Positions 8,953 to 18,515 of a stretch of DNA of 64,000 nt are shown here, one piece after another (within the stretch, counting starts at the first letter, position 1; each line of letters opens with the position of its first letter). Where the stretch lies: NCBI GenBank assembly GCA_041752695.1, contig JBGSVZ010000019.1, positions 1 to 64,000 of the forward strand. Direction: 5' to 3'. Under the pieces are notes generated by a model. The model was not told the DNA's origin. It searched no databases and saw only the letters and a program-made list of their open reading frames with translations. Both the position numbers and the translations under genes were made by a program. The DNA is from Terrimicrobiaceae bacterium. Lineage in GTDB: Bacteria > Verrucomicrobiota > Verrucomicrobiia > Chthoniobacterales > Terrimicrobiaceae.

Positions 8953-10296
8953 TCACGACGGCCGGGTCCGCTGCAGAAACCGTGCGAGGAAAAAGACGCC
9001 CGTGAGCACCATCCACGGAAGATATCCCACCCATACACCCACCGCGCCCCACCCGAGCGGAAAAGCCAGCAGGTAAACCGTCGGCAGACTCAGCACCCAA
9101 TAACACACCGCATTGGCGATCAGGGGGACATGATTGTCGAGTAAACCCCGCAACGCTCCCAGGCTGACGGATTGGATCGCGTCGGAGATCTGGTAAACAC
9201 CCGCGATCACCACCAGCGTTCCGGCCAGCTTCGCCACGGCAGGATCTGGCGTGAAGAGTCGGGCCAGAAAGGGACCGAACGAAATGTAAACCACCGCGCA
9301 CACCGCCATGAGTCCCACTCCCAGACCGACCGACGCCAATCCCGTCTGCCGGGCTTCGGCGAGGTTCCCGGCCCCGGCCGCCTGAGACACCCGCACGCTC
9401 GCCGCCGTGGCCAGCGCCATGGGGAACATCCACGCCAGTGAGGCAATGCTAATAGTCACTTGATTGGCCGCCAGCGCGGTCGTACCCAGCCAGCCCAGCA
9501 TGATCGCACCCAGCGCAAATGAACCTCCTTCCAGGACATCCTGACCCGCCACCGGCAGCCCTTCCCGGAAAAGCCTCGCGAATTTTCCGCCGATCCCACC
9601 GGACATCTGGGCGCGCAGGATTTCCCTCATCCGCCGGTCCTTTCCAATCCAGACCAGCAGAGCCGCCGCCTGGAGAGACCGCGCAATCAGGGTCGCCCAG
9701 CCGGCCCCCTCGATCCCCAGAGCAGGCAAACCCAGATGGCCGAAGATCAGGACAAAATTCAACACGGCGTTCAACACCACCGCCCCGGCCATGATCACCA
9801 GAACCGGCCACGGACGATTGACCGCTTCCGCCATCTGACCCAGGACCACCGCCAGCATCGCCCCTGGCATGGACCAGGCAATCAGGGCGAAATACCCTCC
9901 CACCGCGTTGACCACCTCCGGGGGCTGACCCATCCGCCCGAGAAAGGGAATCACCGCGGTGAGGGCCACCGCCACCAGCAGTCCGACCACCAGACCGAGC
10001 ACCGCTCCCGCCCGGGCAATCTTGTTCAACCCCTCCCCGTCCCCCGCCCCAAACGCGCCACCCACCCGCGGCGCGACGGCCCCCAGTGATCCATAAGCAA
10101 AATAGAGCGCAAACATTACGAAGTTCCCCGCCAGCGAGGTCGCGGCCAAAGGGACCGCTCCGAGACGCCCCACCATCACCGTATCCGTGATCTGCAGAAG
10201 CACCTGCCCCGCCTGCCCCAGCAGCATGGGTGCCGCCAGGGAAGCTATCGACCATAGCACAGCGCGGGTTGCGGTTTTCGGAGGAGCGGGTGGCAT
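8953..10296 (-). CDS. MATE family efflux transporter
   Basis: LAAPMLLGQ, DTVMVGRLG, LPALGIEGAGWAT, DAIQSVSLGALRG; about 12 TM segments. Confidence 0.9.
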   Translation of the reverse strand: MPPAPPKTATRAVLWSIASLAAPMLLGQAGQVLLQITDTVMVGRLGAVPLAATSLAGNFVMFALYFAYGSLGAVAPRVGGAFGAGDGEGLNKIARAGAVLGLVVGLLVAVALTAVIPFLGRMGQPPEVVNAVGGYFALIAWSMPGAMLAVVLGQMAEAVNRPWPVLVIMAGAVVLNAVLNFVLIFGHLGLPALGIEGAGWATLIARSLQAAALLVWIGKDRRMREILRAQMSGGIGGKFARLFREGLPVAGQDVLEGGSFALGAIMLGWLGTTALAANQVTISIASLAWMFPMALATAASVRVSQAAGAGNLAEARQTGLASVGLGVGLMAVCAVVYISFGPFLARLFTPDPAVAKLAGTLVVIAGVYQISDAIQSVSLGALRGLLDNHVPLIANAVCYWVLSLPTVYLLAFPLGWGAVGVWVGYLPWMVLTGVFFLARFLQRTRPS

Positions 10297-10363
10297 CTCC
10301 GCGGAGACAATCAGACTGCCCCAACCACGGAAAGCCACGATTCCCGCCCGGCTCCGGAACTTC

Positions 10364-10398
10364 AGAGTTGAGAGTTGAGCGTTGAACGTTGAAGGTTG
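10364..10398. repeat. Degenerate 7-bp tandem repeat (ANNGTTG)x5
   Basis: AGAGTTG AGAGTTG AGCGTTG AACGTTG AAGGTTG between the divergent MATE and ubiX genes. Confidence 0.85.
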
Positions 10399-10408
10399 GC
10401 GCATTCCC

Positions 10409-10969
10409 ATGCGCCTAGTTCTTGCCGTCACCGGAGCCAGCGGAGCCATTTATCTCCAGCGCCTGCTGCATTATCTCAGCGGCCCCGAACACGAACTGCA
10501 TCTTGTTTTCAGCGGATACGCCAGACAGGTCATCCACGAGGAAATCGGCGAACTCAGGCTTCCCGCCAACGCCATCGAGCACTCCGACAAAAGCATGAAC
10601 GCCCCATTCGCCAGTGGCAGCGCGAAGTTCGATGCCATGATCATCGCCCCCTGTTCGATGGGAACGATGGCCCGCATCGCCCACGGCACCAGCGAAAGCC
10701 TGATTCTGCGCGCCGCCGACGTGTTTCTCAAAGAGCGTCGCAAACTCATCCTCGTCCCCCGCGAAACGCCCTGGAGCCTGATCCATGCGCGGAATGCCGT
10801 GGCGGTGATGGAAGCCGGGGCCGTCCTCCTCCCGGCCTCGCCCTCGTTCTACAGCCTGCCCAAAACCTTTGACGACCTGGCCGACACCGTGGTCTGGCGC
10901 ATCCTCGATCAGATTGGCGTCGACGCCCCCAACGCCTGCCGGTGGAAAGATGAAAAGTCGGACCGGTAG
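10409..10969 (+). CDS. ubiX: Flavin prenyltransferase UbiX
   Basis: AVTGASGAIY, FASGS, APCSMGT, LKERRKLILVPRETP, PASPSFY. Confidence 0.95.
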   Translation: MRLVLAVTGASGAIYLQRLLHYLSGPEHELHLVFSGYARQVIHEEIGELRLPANAIEHSDKSMNAPFASGSAKFDAMIIAPCSMGTMARIAHGTSESLILRAADVFLKERRKLILVPRETPWSLIHARNAVAVMEAGAVLLPASPSFYSLPKTFDDLADTVVWRILDQIGVDAPNACRWKDEKSDR

Positions 10970-11005
10970 GGTCTCGATGCTTCGCCCTCGTCTCTCGCCG
11001 CCCTG

Positions 11006-11776
11006 ATGTCTTCCTGGGAAATCCTCGTTCTCGCCCTGGCGGCCTTCATCGCCGGGACCATGAACGCCATTGCGGGCGGCGGGACGATCCTCACCTTTCC
11101 CGCCCTCCTGGCGTTTGGCATGCCGGCGATCCGCGCGAATGCCACCAGCACACTCGCCCTGTTGATCGGGATCGTTGGCAGCACCTACAGCTACCGCGCT
11201 CATCTGCCCGTCACCGGGCTCTGGCTGAAACGTTTCGGGCTGGCGAGCGTCGCGGGAGGTTTGCTCGGGGCCGCCCTCCTCACCGTCACGCCGGAGAGTG
11301 CGTTTGAAAAACTCGTGCCTTTCCTCCTGCTCTTCGCCACGGTTTTGTTCATGGCCCAAAGTGCCTTCCGTCACCTCGCTGCGGTCGAAGTGCAGGCTGT
11401 CTCGCAGGGCTCCCCAAAAGTGATCCTGGCCACCGCCGGCATGTTTCTGGTGGCCGTTTACGGCGGATATTTCGGCGCGGGCATCGGCATCCTCATGCTC
11501 GCCGTCTTCGGCCTGCTCGGCATGCGGCACATTCACGAAATGAACGCCGTGAAGACGGTGCTCGCCGTGCTGATCAATCTCGTGGCCGCGCTCTTTTTTG
11601 TCGTGGCCGGCCTCATCGAATGGCCCGAGGCGGGGGTCATGACCGCCGGAGCCGCTGCCGGATATTTCACCGGCGCGCATTTTGCCCAGCGCATTTCCCA
11701 GACGGCGGTGCGCCGCATCATCACAACCATCGGCCTCGGAATCTCGGCGCTCCTTTTTTGGAAGCAGTTCGCGTGA
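11006..11776 (+). CDS. TauE/SafE family sulfite exporter
   Basis: AGTMNAIAGGGTILTFPALL, YGGYFGAGIG. Confidence 0.9.
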   Translation: MSSWEILVLALAAFIAGTMNAIAGGGTILTFPALLAFGMPAIRANATSTLALLIGIVGSTYSYRAHLPVTGLWLKRFGLASVAGGLLGAALLTVTPESAFEKLVPFLLLFATVLFMAQSAFRHLAAVEVQAVSQGSPKVILATAGMFLVAVYGGYFGAGIGILMLAVFGLLGMRHIHEMNAVKTVLAVLINLVAALFFVVAGLIEWPEAGVMTAGAAAGYFTGAHFAQRISQTAVRRIITTIGLGISALLFWKQFA

Positions 11777-11849
11777 ACAAAATTCCCCTGCGCCGATTTC
11801 TCAAGAGAACCGCTGGATTATTTTCCCCGAAGCCGGTAGGAATGTCCCA

Positions 11850-12554
11850 ATGCTCGATGTGATCGAAAAGCTGCTGGCTTTACAGGACCGGGATCAACGC
11901 CTCAAGGCCTTCCAAACCGAACTCACCCACATCCCCGACGAGCGCAAAAGCCGGGAAAAACAAATCGCCGATTCCGCCGCCCGGCTGGAACAATCCCGCA
12001 CCCGCGTGAAACAGATCGAGGTCGAAAAACGCAACCTCGAAACCGAAGCCCAAGCCAAACGCGACGGCATCACCCGCTACAAACAGCAGCAGCTTCAGAC
12101 CCGCAAAAACGAGGAATACTCCGCTCTCGCCCACGAAATCGAGAACGCGGAGAAAATCATTCAGACCATCGAAGATCAGGAACTGGAACTGATGGACGAG
12201 GCGGAAAAACTCAAACCTGCCGTCGCCGAGGCCGAGAAAATCCACACGGCCGAAAAGGAAAAAATCGAACAGATCCTGACCGGTTTGACCGAGAAAAAAA
12301 ACAATCTCGACGCCCGCGTCACCGAGATCAAAGCTGACCGGTCCCGCCTCACCGAAGGCTTTGATGAAGACCTGCTGGAACGGTACGACCGCCTCTTCAA
12401 AACGAAGCAGGGCACCGTCGTTGTCCCCTTGGAACACGAAGTTTGCATGGGCTGCCACATGAAGGTCACCTCCCAAACCTCCGTCCTGCTCAAGGCGCAG
12501 AAGGAAATCGTCCACTGCCCTCAGTGCGGACGCATGCTCTACCTCCCGGCCTAA
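11850..12554 (+). CDS. Coiled-coil protein with C-terminal C4 zinc ribbon (DUF164/CT398-like)
   Basis: LLALQDRD, long coiled coil, CMGCH...CPQCGRML. Confidence 0.9.
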   Translation: MLDVIEKLLALQDRDQRLKAFQTELTHIPDERKSREKQIADSAARLEQSRTRVKQIEVEKRNLETEAQAKRDGITRYKQQQLQTRKNEEYSALAHEIENAEKIIQTIEDQELELMDEAEKLKPAVAEAEKIHTAEKEKIEQILTGLTEKKNNLDARVTEIKADRSRLTEGFDEDLLERYDRLFKTKQGTVVVPLEHEVCMGCHMKVTSQTSVLLKAQKEIVHCPQCGRMLYLPA

Positions 12555-12713
12555 GCTCCCGGACCTCCCGAGTTTTTTTCGGAACACCGCAAAGTTTTTC
12601 TTGTCAGCGCCATTAATCACGACCATTACAGTCGCATATCACTGCTCCGATAACGACAGTAATCGGCGTTTGCCAAGTCAAGCGCTGCACTTAATTACGA
12701 CCAAACATATCGC

Positions 12714-14141
12714 ATGAAAAAACAGAGAGTACAATGGATCGGACTGACGTTAGGCCTCGCGGTCAGCGTCATTTCCACACTGCAAGCCGGGGAAACGCCG
12801 ACACCCGAGGAGGGGGCGAGTCCCTCGTCTGTGGAGGAATGGTGGAACGGGAAATACGCCACCGGCGACTGGTTCGGGGTGCGCGACACCCTGGAGGATC
12901 GCGGCGTGAAGTTGGGCGTGGAATGGAAAGCCAACTTCTTCTGGAATCTGGATGGAGGGCTTCAGCAGCGTTTCGGATATGACGACGAGTGGAAATTTCG
13001 TCTCACCGTCGATCCCTCGAAGCTTTTTGGCTGGGAGGCTATCGAGGGTCTCACCCTATACTCGGACCTCCGCTACCGGGGCGGTTCCGGCGTCAACAAA
13101 TACATCGGCACTGGGAACTCGGGACAGTTTGCGCCCAGCACGTTTCAGGGCGGACGTCTCTGGCGTTTCCAGAATGCGTATGTCACCTACGTGACTCCCG
13201 AGCTTTTCGGAATGAAGGAATTCCTCACCCTTTCGGGAGGCTGGCAAAACCCGACGGACATCTTCATTAACCAGCCGCTGAACAAGTTTTTCATCAACAA
13301 CACGTTCACGTCGAACCGCGGCATCGGAGCCAACGGCATCGGCTGGGGCGGCAGTTATTCCGCGTGGGGCGGGCACGCCAAGGTCAAACCAAACGATTGG
13401 TGGTATTTGCAAAGCGGTCTTTATATGGCCATCCCGGGCGCAAACTCTTCCTCGAACAACGGGCTGTTTTTCGCGGGAGCACAACCGCCGAACTCCAATG
13501 GCCTCTTCTGGCTGACCGAGACCGGCTTCACGCCAAAAATTGGACCCTCAAAACTGCCGGGCCGCTACGCCGCAGGTTTCATGTACTGGGGCGTGGAGAA
13601 CACCTCCTATTTCGGAGAGAACTACGACCAGAAGCTGCTCTTCTACTGGCAGGCGGACCAGCAACTCTACCGCGAACCTGCGCCGGAGGAACCTGCGCCG
13701 CTGGCCAAGGGCCCGTCGGACGGCAAATCCATCGCTGATGGGAAGAGCTTCAAGGAGCCCGTGAAACCCTCCAAGCCCAAGTTGAACGATCAGGGCCTGT
13801 ATTTCTTCAGCCTGGTCAATTTCGCGCCGAAGTTTAACAACCCCGAACCCTTTTATCTCCAGACCGGTCTGGTTTACAAGGGCCTCATCCCAACCCGCGA
13901 CGCGGATCAGTTCGGCATCGCCTTCGCGTACGGCAACTACAGTTATTACAAACAGCTGTCCGACGAACGCCGGGGTCGGCCGATCCAGACCTTCGAGGGC
14001 GTCGTGGAATTCTCCTACCGGATCCAGGTCAACAAGTGGGCCTACGTCCAGCCCGACCTGCAATACATCATCCGCCCCGGCGGCACGGGACTCACCCAGA
14101 ATGCCACGGTCCTCGGATTCCAAGTCGGGGTAACCTTTTGA
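12714..14141 (+). CDS. OprB-family carbohydrate porin
   Basis: Signal peptide; TGDWFGVRDTLEDRGV, YKGLIPTRDADQFGIA, QPDLQYIIRPGG; C-terminal Phe. Confidence 0.9.
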   Translation: MKKQRVQWIGLTLGLAVSVISTLQAGETPTPEEGASPSSVEEWWNGKYATGDWFGVRDTLEDRGVKLGVEWKANFFWNLDGGLQQRFGYDDEWKFRLTVDPSKLFGWEAIEGLTLYSDLRYRGGSGVNKYIGTGNSGQFAPSTFQGGRLWRFQNAYVTYVTPELFGMKEFLTLSGGWQNPTDIFINQPLNKFFINNTFTSNRGIGANGIGWGGSYSAWGGHAKVKPNDWWYLQSGLYMAIPGANSSSNNGLFFAGAQPPNSNGLFWLTETGFTPKIGPSKLPGRYAAGFMYWGVENTSYFGENYDQKLLFYWQADQQLYREPAPEEPAPLAKGPSDGKSIADGKSFKEPVKPSKPKLNDQGLYFFSLVNFAPKFNNPEPFYLQTGLVYKGLIPTRDADQFGIAFAYGNYSYYKQLSDERRGRPIQTFEGVVEFSYRIQVNKWAYVQPDLQYIIRPGGTGLTQNATVLGFQVGVTF

Positions 14142-14148
14142 GCAGCAT

Positions 14149-14217
14149 CCGCGGGCCTTTGCGCCCGCGGCCTTGAAGAATAACCGGCGTCCGTTTGGTA
14201 GGCGGGCGCCGGTTTTC
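14149..14217 (+). terminator. Two hairpins / terminator after the porin gene
   Basis: CCGCGGGC-N6-GCCCGCGG, then AACCGGCG...CGCCGGTTTT. Confidence 0.6.
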
Positions 14218-14305
14218 GTTTGCCCGGGGGCGGCGTGCCCTCGCGAAACTCTACGCTTGATCGCCCGCCGGGGCGTGTTACCTAGAGGCACCCGGAGGTC
14301 TCCCT

Positions 14306-15100
14306 ATGAAAAATCCCACCGATTTCCAAATCTCCGAGCGCTTCGCCAAAGGGCAATGCGATGTGGATGATTTGATTGCCCCACTCGTGGATCTTACCCA
14401 CGAATCGTCGTCCCTCGTCGTCGGCTACGGCATGCCGCAGGCCGGCGTGCGCGAGAAGATGATTCCCTATTTTCACGTCTGCGGCACGTACACCGAAGTC
14501 GAACCCCTGCGCGCCCTTCTAATCGGCGGCTGGGCCGGCACGGAAAGTGTCACTCCCTACGCCATCGCCCGCCTGCTCGCGGCGATGGAAGCCCGTTTGA
14601 GCCTTGTCGCCGGACTGGAAATCACCGCCTACCCCGCCGCCAATCTCGAAGCGCACCGCGAAGGAGTTTTTCTCACGGAGAAACAACAACTCGACGGCGT
14701 GCTCTGCTGGGAAAATTCCGGCTGCAGTCATATCCGGGTGATGGAAAATGAACTTCGCCGCTACGACTATGATGTGGTCGTGCTGCTGCGGGAAAATCCC
14801 AAAGGCAAAAAGACTGAGGTCGAAGCGTGGGTCGGGCAGGACCGCCATAAATCCGTCCTCGGCGACGCTCTGCAACGTCATGCCTCGACGAACGAGGATT
14901 TTCGTTGGAAAACCAATCCGGCCAAACCCGCCTACGCACGCACTTTCACGCCCGTCCCCCATTCGGCCGTGCAACCTGCAGAAATCATCATCGGCTTGCC
15001 CGGGGCCCGCAAGCCTTCCGAACGCGCCTCCGAGGCCCTCAGCCTCATGCTTGGCCTGCTCCATGCCATGCGTCAGGCGCGTCAGGAAGGCGTACTCTAG
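14306..15100 (+). CDS. M14 carboxypeptidase/desuccinylase-like protein with degenerate Zn ligands
   Basis: LLIGGWAGTE (cf. GxHGxE), YPAAN (cf. YPxxNP), VVVLLRE (cf. IxLHxD). Confidence 0.5.
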   Translation: MKNPTDFQISERFAKGQCDVDDLIAPLVDLTHESSSLVVGYGMPQAGVREKMIPYFHVCGTYTEVEPLRALLIGGWAGTESVTPYAIARLLAAMEARLSLVAGLEITAYPAANLEAHREGVFLTEKQQLDGVLCWENSGCSHIRVMENELRRYDYDVVVLLRENPKGKKTEVEAWVGQDRHKSVLGDALQRHASTNEDFRWKTNPAKPAYARTFTPVPHSAVQPAEIIIGLPGARKPSERASEALSLMLGLLHAMRQARQEGVL

Positions 15101-15248
15101 AGCGCAGCGCACGAGGGTGCTGGGCACTCGCTGCCCCTGAGTACAGCGGGGACCACAGAAGGCAAAGCCAGCAACCCATGCCTGGCCAGGGAGTGATCGC
15201 TCCAACTCCGTCGTTGCACGGACTTCCTTCCTGCTTAAAGTTCGCGCC

Positions 15249-16418
15249 GTGAAAGTTATTCCGGTCGCCGCCGCCCTCGTGATCCTGGCTCTCCCGGGTT
15301 GCGGCAAAAAGCCCGCGCCTCCCGCGCCCCAACCGACCCCCGCGCCCAGTCCAGCGGAAGATCCCCGCGCCACTCGTCTCGGGTTTCTCGTGCCACTCAC
15401 CGGGGTGCAGGCCTCGTTCGGACAGGACGCCATCCGCGGCACCGAGATGGCCGCCGAAGAGATCAATACCGCAGGCGGAATTTTCGGTCACCCTCTCGTT
15501 CTCAAGGTGAAAGACACGGCCTCTCTGTCCGAGAAAACCAGCGCGGCCGTCACCGACCTCATCGACACCGATAAGGTCGCCGCCATCATCGGGGAGATCG
15601 CCACCGACCGCTCGCTCATTGCCGCTCCGCTGGCCCAGACCCGCGGGGTTCCGCTGATCACGCCCGGCTCGACCCACGAAAAAGTCACCCAGGCCGGCGA
15701 TTATGTGTTTCGCATCTGTTACACCGACGCGTTCCAGGCTAGCGTGATGGCAAAATTCGCCCGCTCCATGAAGGTGGACAAAGCCGCTGTCCTGTCTGAT
15801 CCGGCAAACCCCTACAGCGCGGGACTGGCCGAAATTTTCCGGAAGGACTTCACCGCGGCCGGGGGATCGATTGTGGCGGAGGAAACCTACCTGGCGGGGG
15901 ACGGAGGGTTTGCCCGCCAGCTGGATGCGATTCGCGCCAAGGGACCCGAAATGGTTTTCCTTCCGAGCTACTATGGGGACGCCGCACCGATCATCCGCGA
16001 AGCCCGCCAGGTGGGACTGGACGTGCCCTTTCTCGGCACGGACGGTTGGGATTCTCCTGAGTTTCTCCAGGTGGGCGGGGCCGCGGCGGACAATTGTTAT
16101 TTCTCCGGGCACTTTTCCGCCGAAAGCAAACTCCCCCAAGTCGTAACGTTCGCCGCGGCGTATGCCCAAAAATTTGGCACCCCTCCCCCACCGCTCGCCG
16201 CCCTGAGTTACGACGCGGTGTATTTCGTCGCCGACGCCCTGAAACGCGCCGGCTCCGGGGAAGGTCCGGCGCTGCGCGATGCTCTGGCCACCACCCGGGA
16301 TTTTTCCGGAGTGACGGGCAAAATCACCCTCGACGCCAACCGCAACCCCGCCAAAAGCGCCGTCATCACCCGGGTCGAAAACGGAAAATTCACCTATCTT
16401 GAAACCATTGAGCCTTAG
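15249..16418 (+). CDS. Branched-chain amino acid ABC transporter substrate-binding lipoprotein (LivJ-like)
   Basis: Lipobox LPGC; LVPLTG...FG, EEINTAGG, YVFRICYTDAFQ, LGTDGWDS, GVTGKITLD. Confidence 0.9.
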   Translation: MKVIPVAAALVILALPGCGKKPAPPAPQPTPAPSPAEDPRATRLGFLVPLTGVQASFGQDAIRGTEMAAEEINTAGGIFGHPLVLKVKDTASLSEKTSAAVTDLIDTDKVAAIIGEIATDRSLIAAPLAQTRGVPLITPGSTHEKVTQAGDYVFRICYTDAFQASVMAKFARSMKVDKAAVLSDPANPYSAGLAEIFRKDFTAAGGSIVAEETYLAGDGGFARQLDAIRAKGPEMVFLPSYYGDAAPIIREARQVGLDVPFLGTDGWDSPEFLQVGGAAADNCYFSGHFSAESKLPQVVTFAAAYAQKFGTPPPPLAALSYDAVYFVADALKRAGSGEGPALRDALATTRDFSGVTGKITLDANRNPAKSAVITRVENGKFTYLETIEP

Positions 16419-16507
16419 CCTCTCCGGAGAGGCACCCGCGCGGAAAGTTTCCCGAGGGCGGCCACTGAGGCTGGCCAATTTCCCGGCGCGGATGGCAGGG
16501 TCATTTT

Positions 16508-18208
16508 ATGCCGCATAACATCGAGCTCATCCTCACGATCACGGGAGGATTGACGGCCGCGCTGGCGCTCGGGTTTGTCACGCAGAAGCTCAGGCTCTCC
16601 CCCATCGTCGGCTATTTGCTGGCAGGGGTGATCGTCGGCCCGTTCACGCCAGGTTTTGTCGCCGACAACCACATCGCCACCCAATGCGCGGAAATCGGGG
16701 TGATCCTCCTCATGTTTGGCGTGGGCTTGCATTTTCATCTCAAAGATTTGCTCGCCGTGCGCAAGGTGGCCATCCCCGGCGCTCTGGTCCAAATCGCCGT
16801 CGCCACCGCCCTCGGCGCGCTCATCACCCATTTTTTCGGCTGGTCGTGGACCAACGGCATCATCTTCGGCACCGCTATCTCGGTGGCCAGCACGGTGGTC
16901 CTGACCCGCGTGCTGGCGGATAATCGCGACCTGCATTCCCCCATTGGCCACATCGCCATCGGCTGGCTCATTGTGGAGGATCTTTTCACGATTCTCGTCC
17001 TGGTGCTGCTGCCCGCCATCTACGGCGCGACGTCGGCCGACAGCAATGTCTGGGTCACCCTGGGCATCGCCCTGCTGAAGCTGACCGCGCTGGTGGTTTT
17101 TACCCTCATGGCGGGCCAAAAAATCATCCCGTGGTTCCTAGGCTACGTCGCGCGCACCGGTTCGCGCGATCTCTTCACGCTGGCCGTGCTGGTGCTCGCT
17201 CTGGGCATCGCCGTGGGGTCAGCCACGTTCTTCGGGGCGTCGATGGCGCTTGGCGCCTTCCTTGCCGGCATGGTGGTGGGACAATCGGAATTCAGCGCCC
17301 GGGCCGCATCCGACGCTCTTCCCATGCGCGACGCCTTCGCCGTCCTCTTCTTTGTTTCGGTCGGGATGCTTTTTGACCCCACCGGAATCCCCGAAGGCTG
17401 GCCGTTGATGCTGGCCACGATCGGGATCGTGATCGTCGGAAAACCGCTCGCGGCCTTTGCCGTCGTGCTGGCCTTCCGCCGCCCCCTGCGCGACGCCCTT
17501 TCCATCTCGGTCGCCTTGGCGCAGATCGGGGAATTTTCCTTCATCCTCGCCGCCTTGGGCACCAGTCTTCGCGTGCTTCCCGTCGAGGCTACTAATGCTC
17601 TGGTGGTCGCCTCCGTCGTTTCCATCACGCTCAATCCTCTCCTCTACAAAAGCATCGACCCATTCTGCCGCTGGCTGGAAACTAAGGGATTCTCCCGCCG
17701 GTCCGTCCCGCCGTCCCCGGGGGAAATGCCGGCCTTGGACGAAGCCGCCCATCGCATTATTGTGGTCGGATACGGTCCGGTCGGACGCACGCTGACCCGC
17801 ATTCTGAGGTCCAATGGCATGGAAGCGGTCGTGGTCGACATGAACCTCACGACCATCCAAGCCCTCCTCGCCGAAAATCGCCCGGCGGTCTATGGCGACG
17901 CCTCCGTCCGTGAAATCCTGCACCACGCCGGCATCGAAAAAGCCGAGGGCCTTCTCATCACCGCTTCCAGTCTCCCCGCCGAAGCGGTCGTCAAGGCGGC
18001 CCGCGAATTAAATCCGGACATCCGGATCGTCACCCGCGCGACCTACCTGCGCGAGACGGACGACCTCGAACGTGCGGGGGCAAACGCCGTCTTTTCCAGT
18101 GAGGGCGAAATTGCCCTGGCCATGACAGAGTATCTCATGCGCCGACTCGGGGCCACGGCGGAATCCATCGACCGCGAACGCGACCGGGTTCGATCCGAGC
18201 TTTTTTAG
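16508..18208 (+). CDS. CPA2 cation:proton antiporter with TrkA-N domain (YbaL/RosB-like)
   Basis: GYLLAGVIVGPFTPG, AEIGVILLMFGVGLHF, LAQIGEFSFILA, IIVVGYGPVG, YGDAS. Confidence 0.92.
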   Translation: MPHNIELILTITGGLTAALALGFVTQKLRLSPIVGYLLAGVIVGPFTPGFVADNHIATQCAEIGVILLMFGVGLHFHLKDLLAVRKVAIPGALVQIAVATALGALITHFFGWSWTNGIIFGTAISVASTVVLTRVLADNRDLHSPIGHIAIGWLIVEDLFTILVLVLLPAIYGATSADSNVWVTLGIALLKLTALVVFTLMAGQKIIPWFLGYVARTGSRDLFTLAVLVLALGIAVGSATFFGASMALGAFLAGMVVGQSEFSARAASDALPMRDAFAVLFFVSVGMLFDPTGIPEGWPLMLATIGIVIVGKPLAAFAVVLAFRRPLRDALSISVALAQIGEFSFILAALGTSLRVLPVEATNALVVASVVSITLNPLLYKSIDPFCRWLETKGFSRRSVPPSPGEMPALDEAAHRIIVVGYGPVGRTLTRILRSNGMEAVVVDMNLTTIQALLAENRPAVYGDASVREILHHAGIEKAEGLLITASSLPAEAVVKAARELNPDIRIVTRATYLRETDDLERAGANAVFSSEGEIALAMTEYLMRRLGATAESIDRERDRVRSELF

Positions 18209-18209
18209 C

Positions 18210-18515
18210 ATGCCCGACGCGGATCCCATCAGCCACGCCCGCCGGATCAATCGCACCTGGATTGTGCGCGGCGACCTACCCGTCAATACCGAGCGCTACC
18301 TCGACGCCCTGGCCGCCCGCGACGGGACGGTGCTGCGCGAGGTCTGCGAACGCGCCATCGCAGCGACCCGCCTCGCCTCGCAGGAACAACGCGACCCCAA
18401 GCCGGATTTTTACGCCACGCTTTTTTCCCGCGCGACCCCCGCGGAACGTGATCAATACTTGCAGGACCACCCCTGGACCCATCAGCGTTCCACGGCCCTC
18501 TCCGTCAAACCATGA
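18210..18515 (+). CDS. Hypothetical protein
   Basis: 101-aa ORF packed between neighbours (1-nt gap, ATGA overlap). Confidence 0.65.
   Translation: MPDADPISHARRINRTWIVRGDLPVNTERYLDALAARDGTVLREVCERAIAATRLASQEQRDPKPDFYATLFSRATPAERDQYLQDHPWTHQRSTALSVKP

Noticed and set aside
15101..15248. GC-rich intergenic stretch before the LivJ-like gene as a possible riboswitch
   Set aside because: No recognisable aptamer consensus; would need an Rfam scan.
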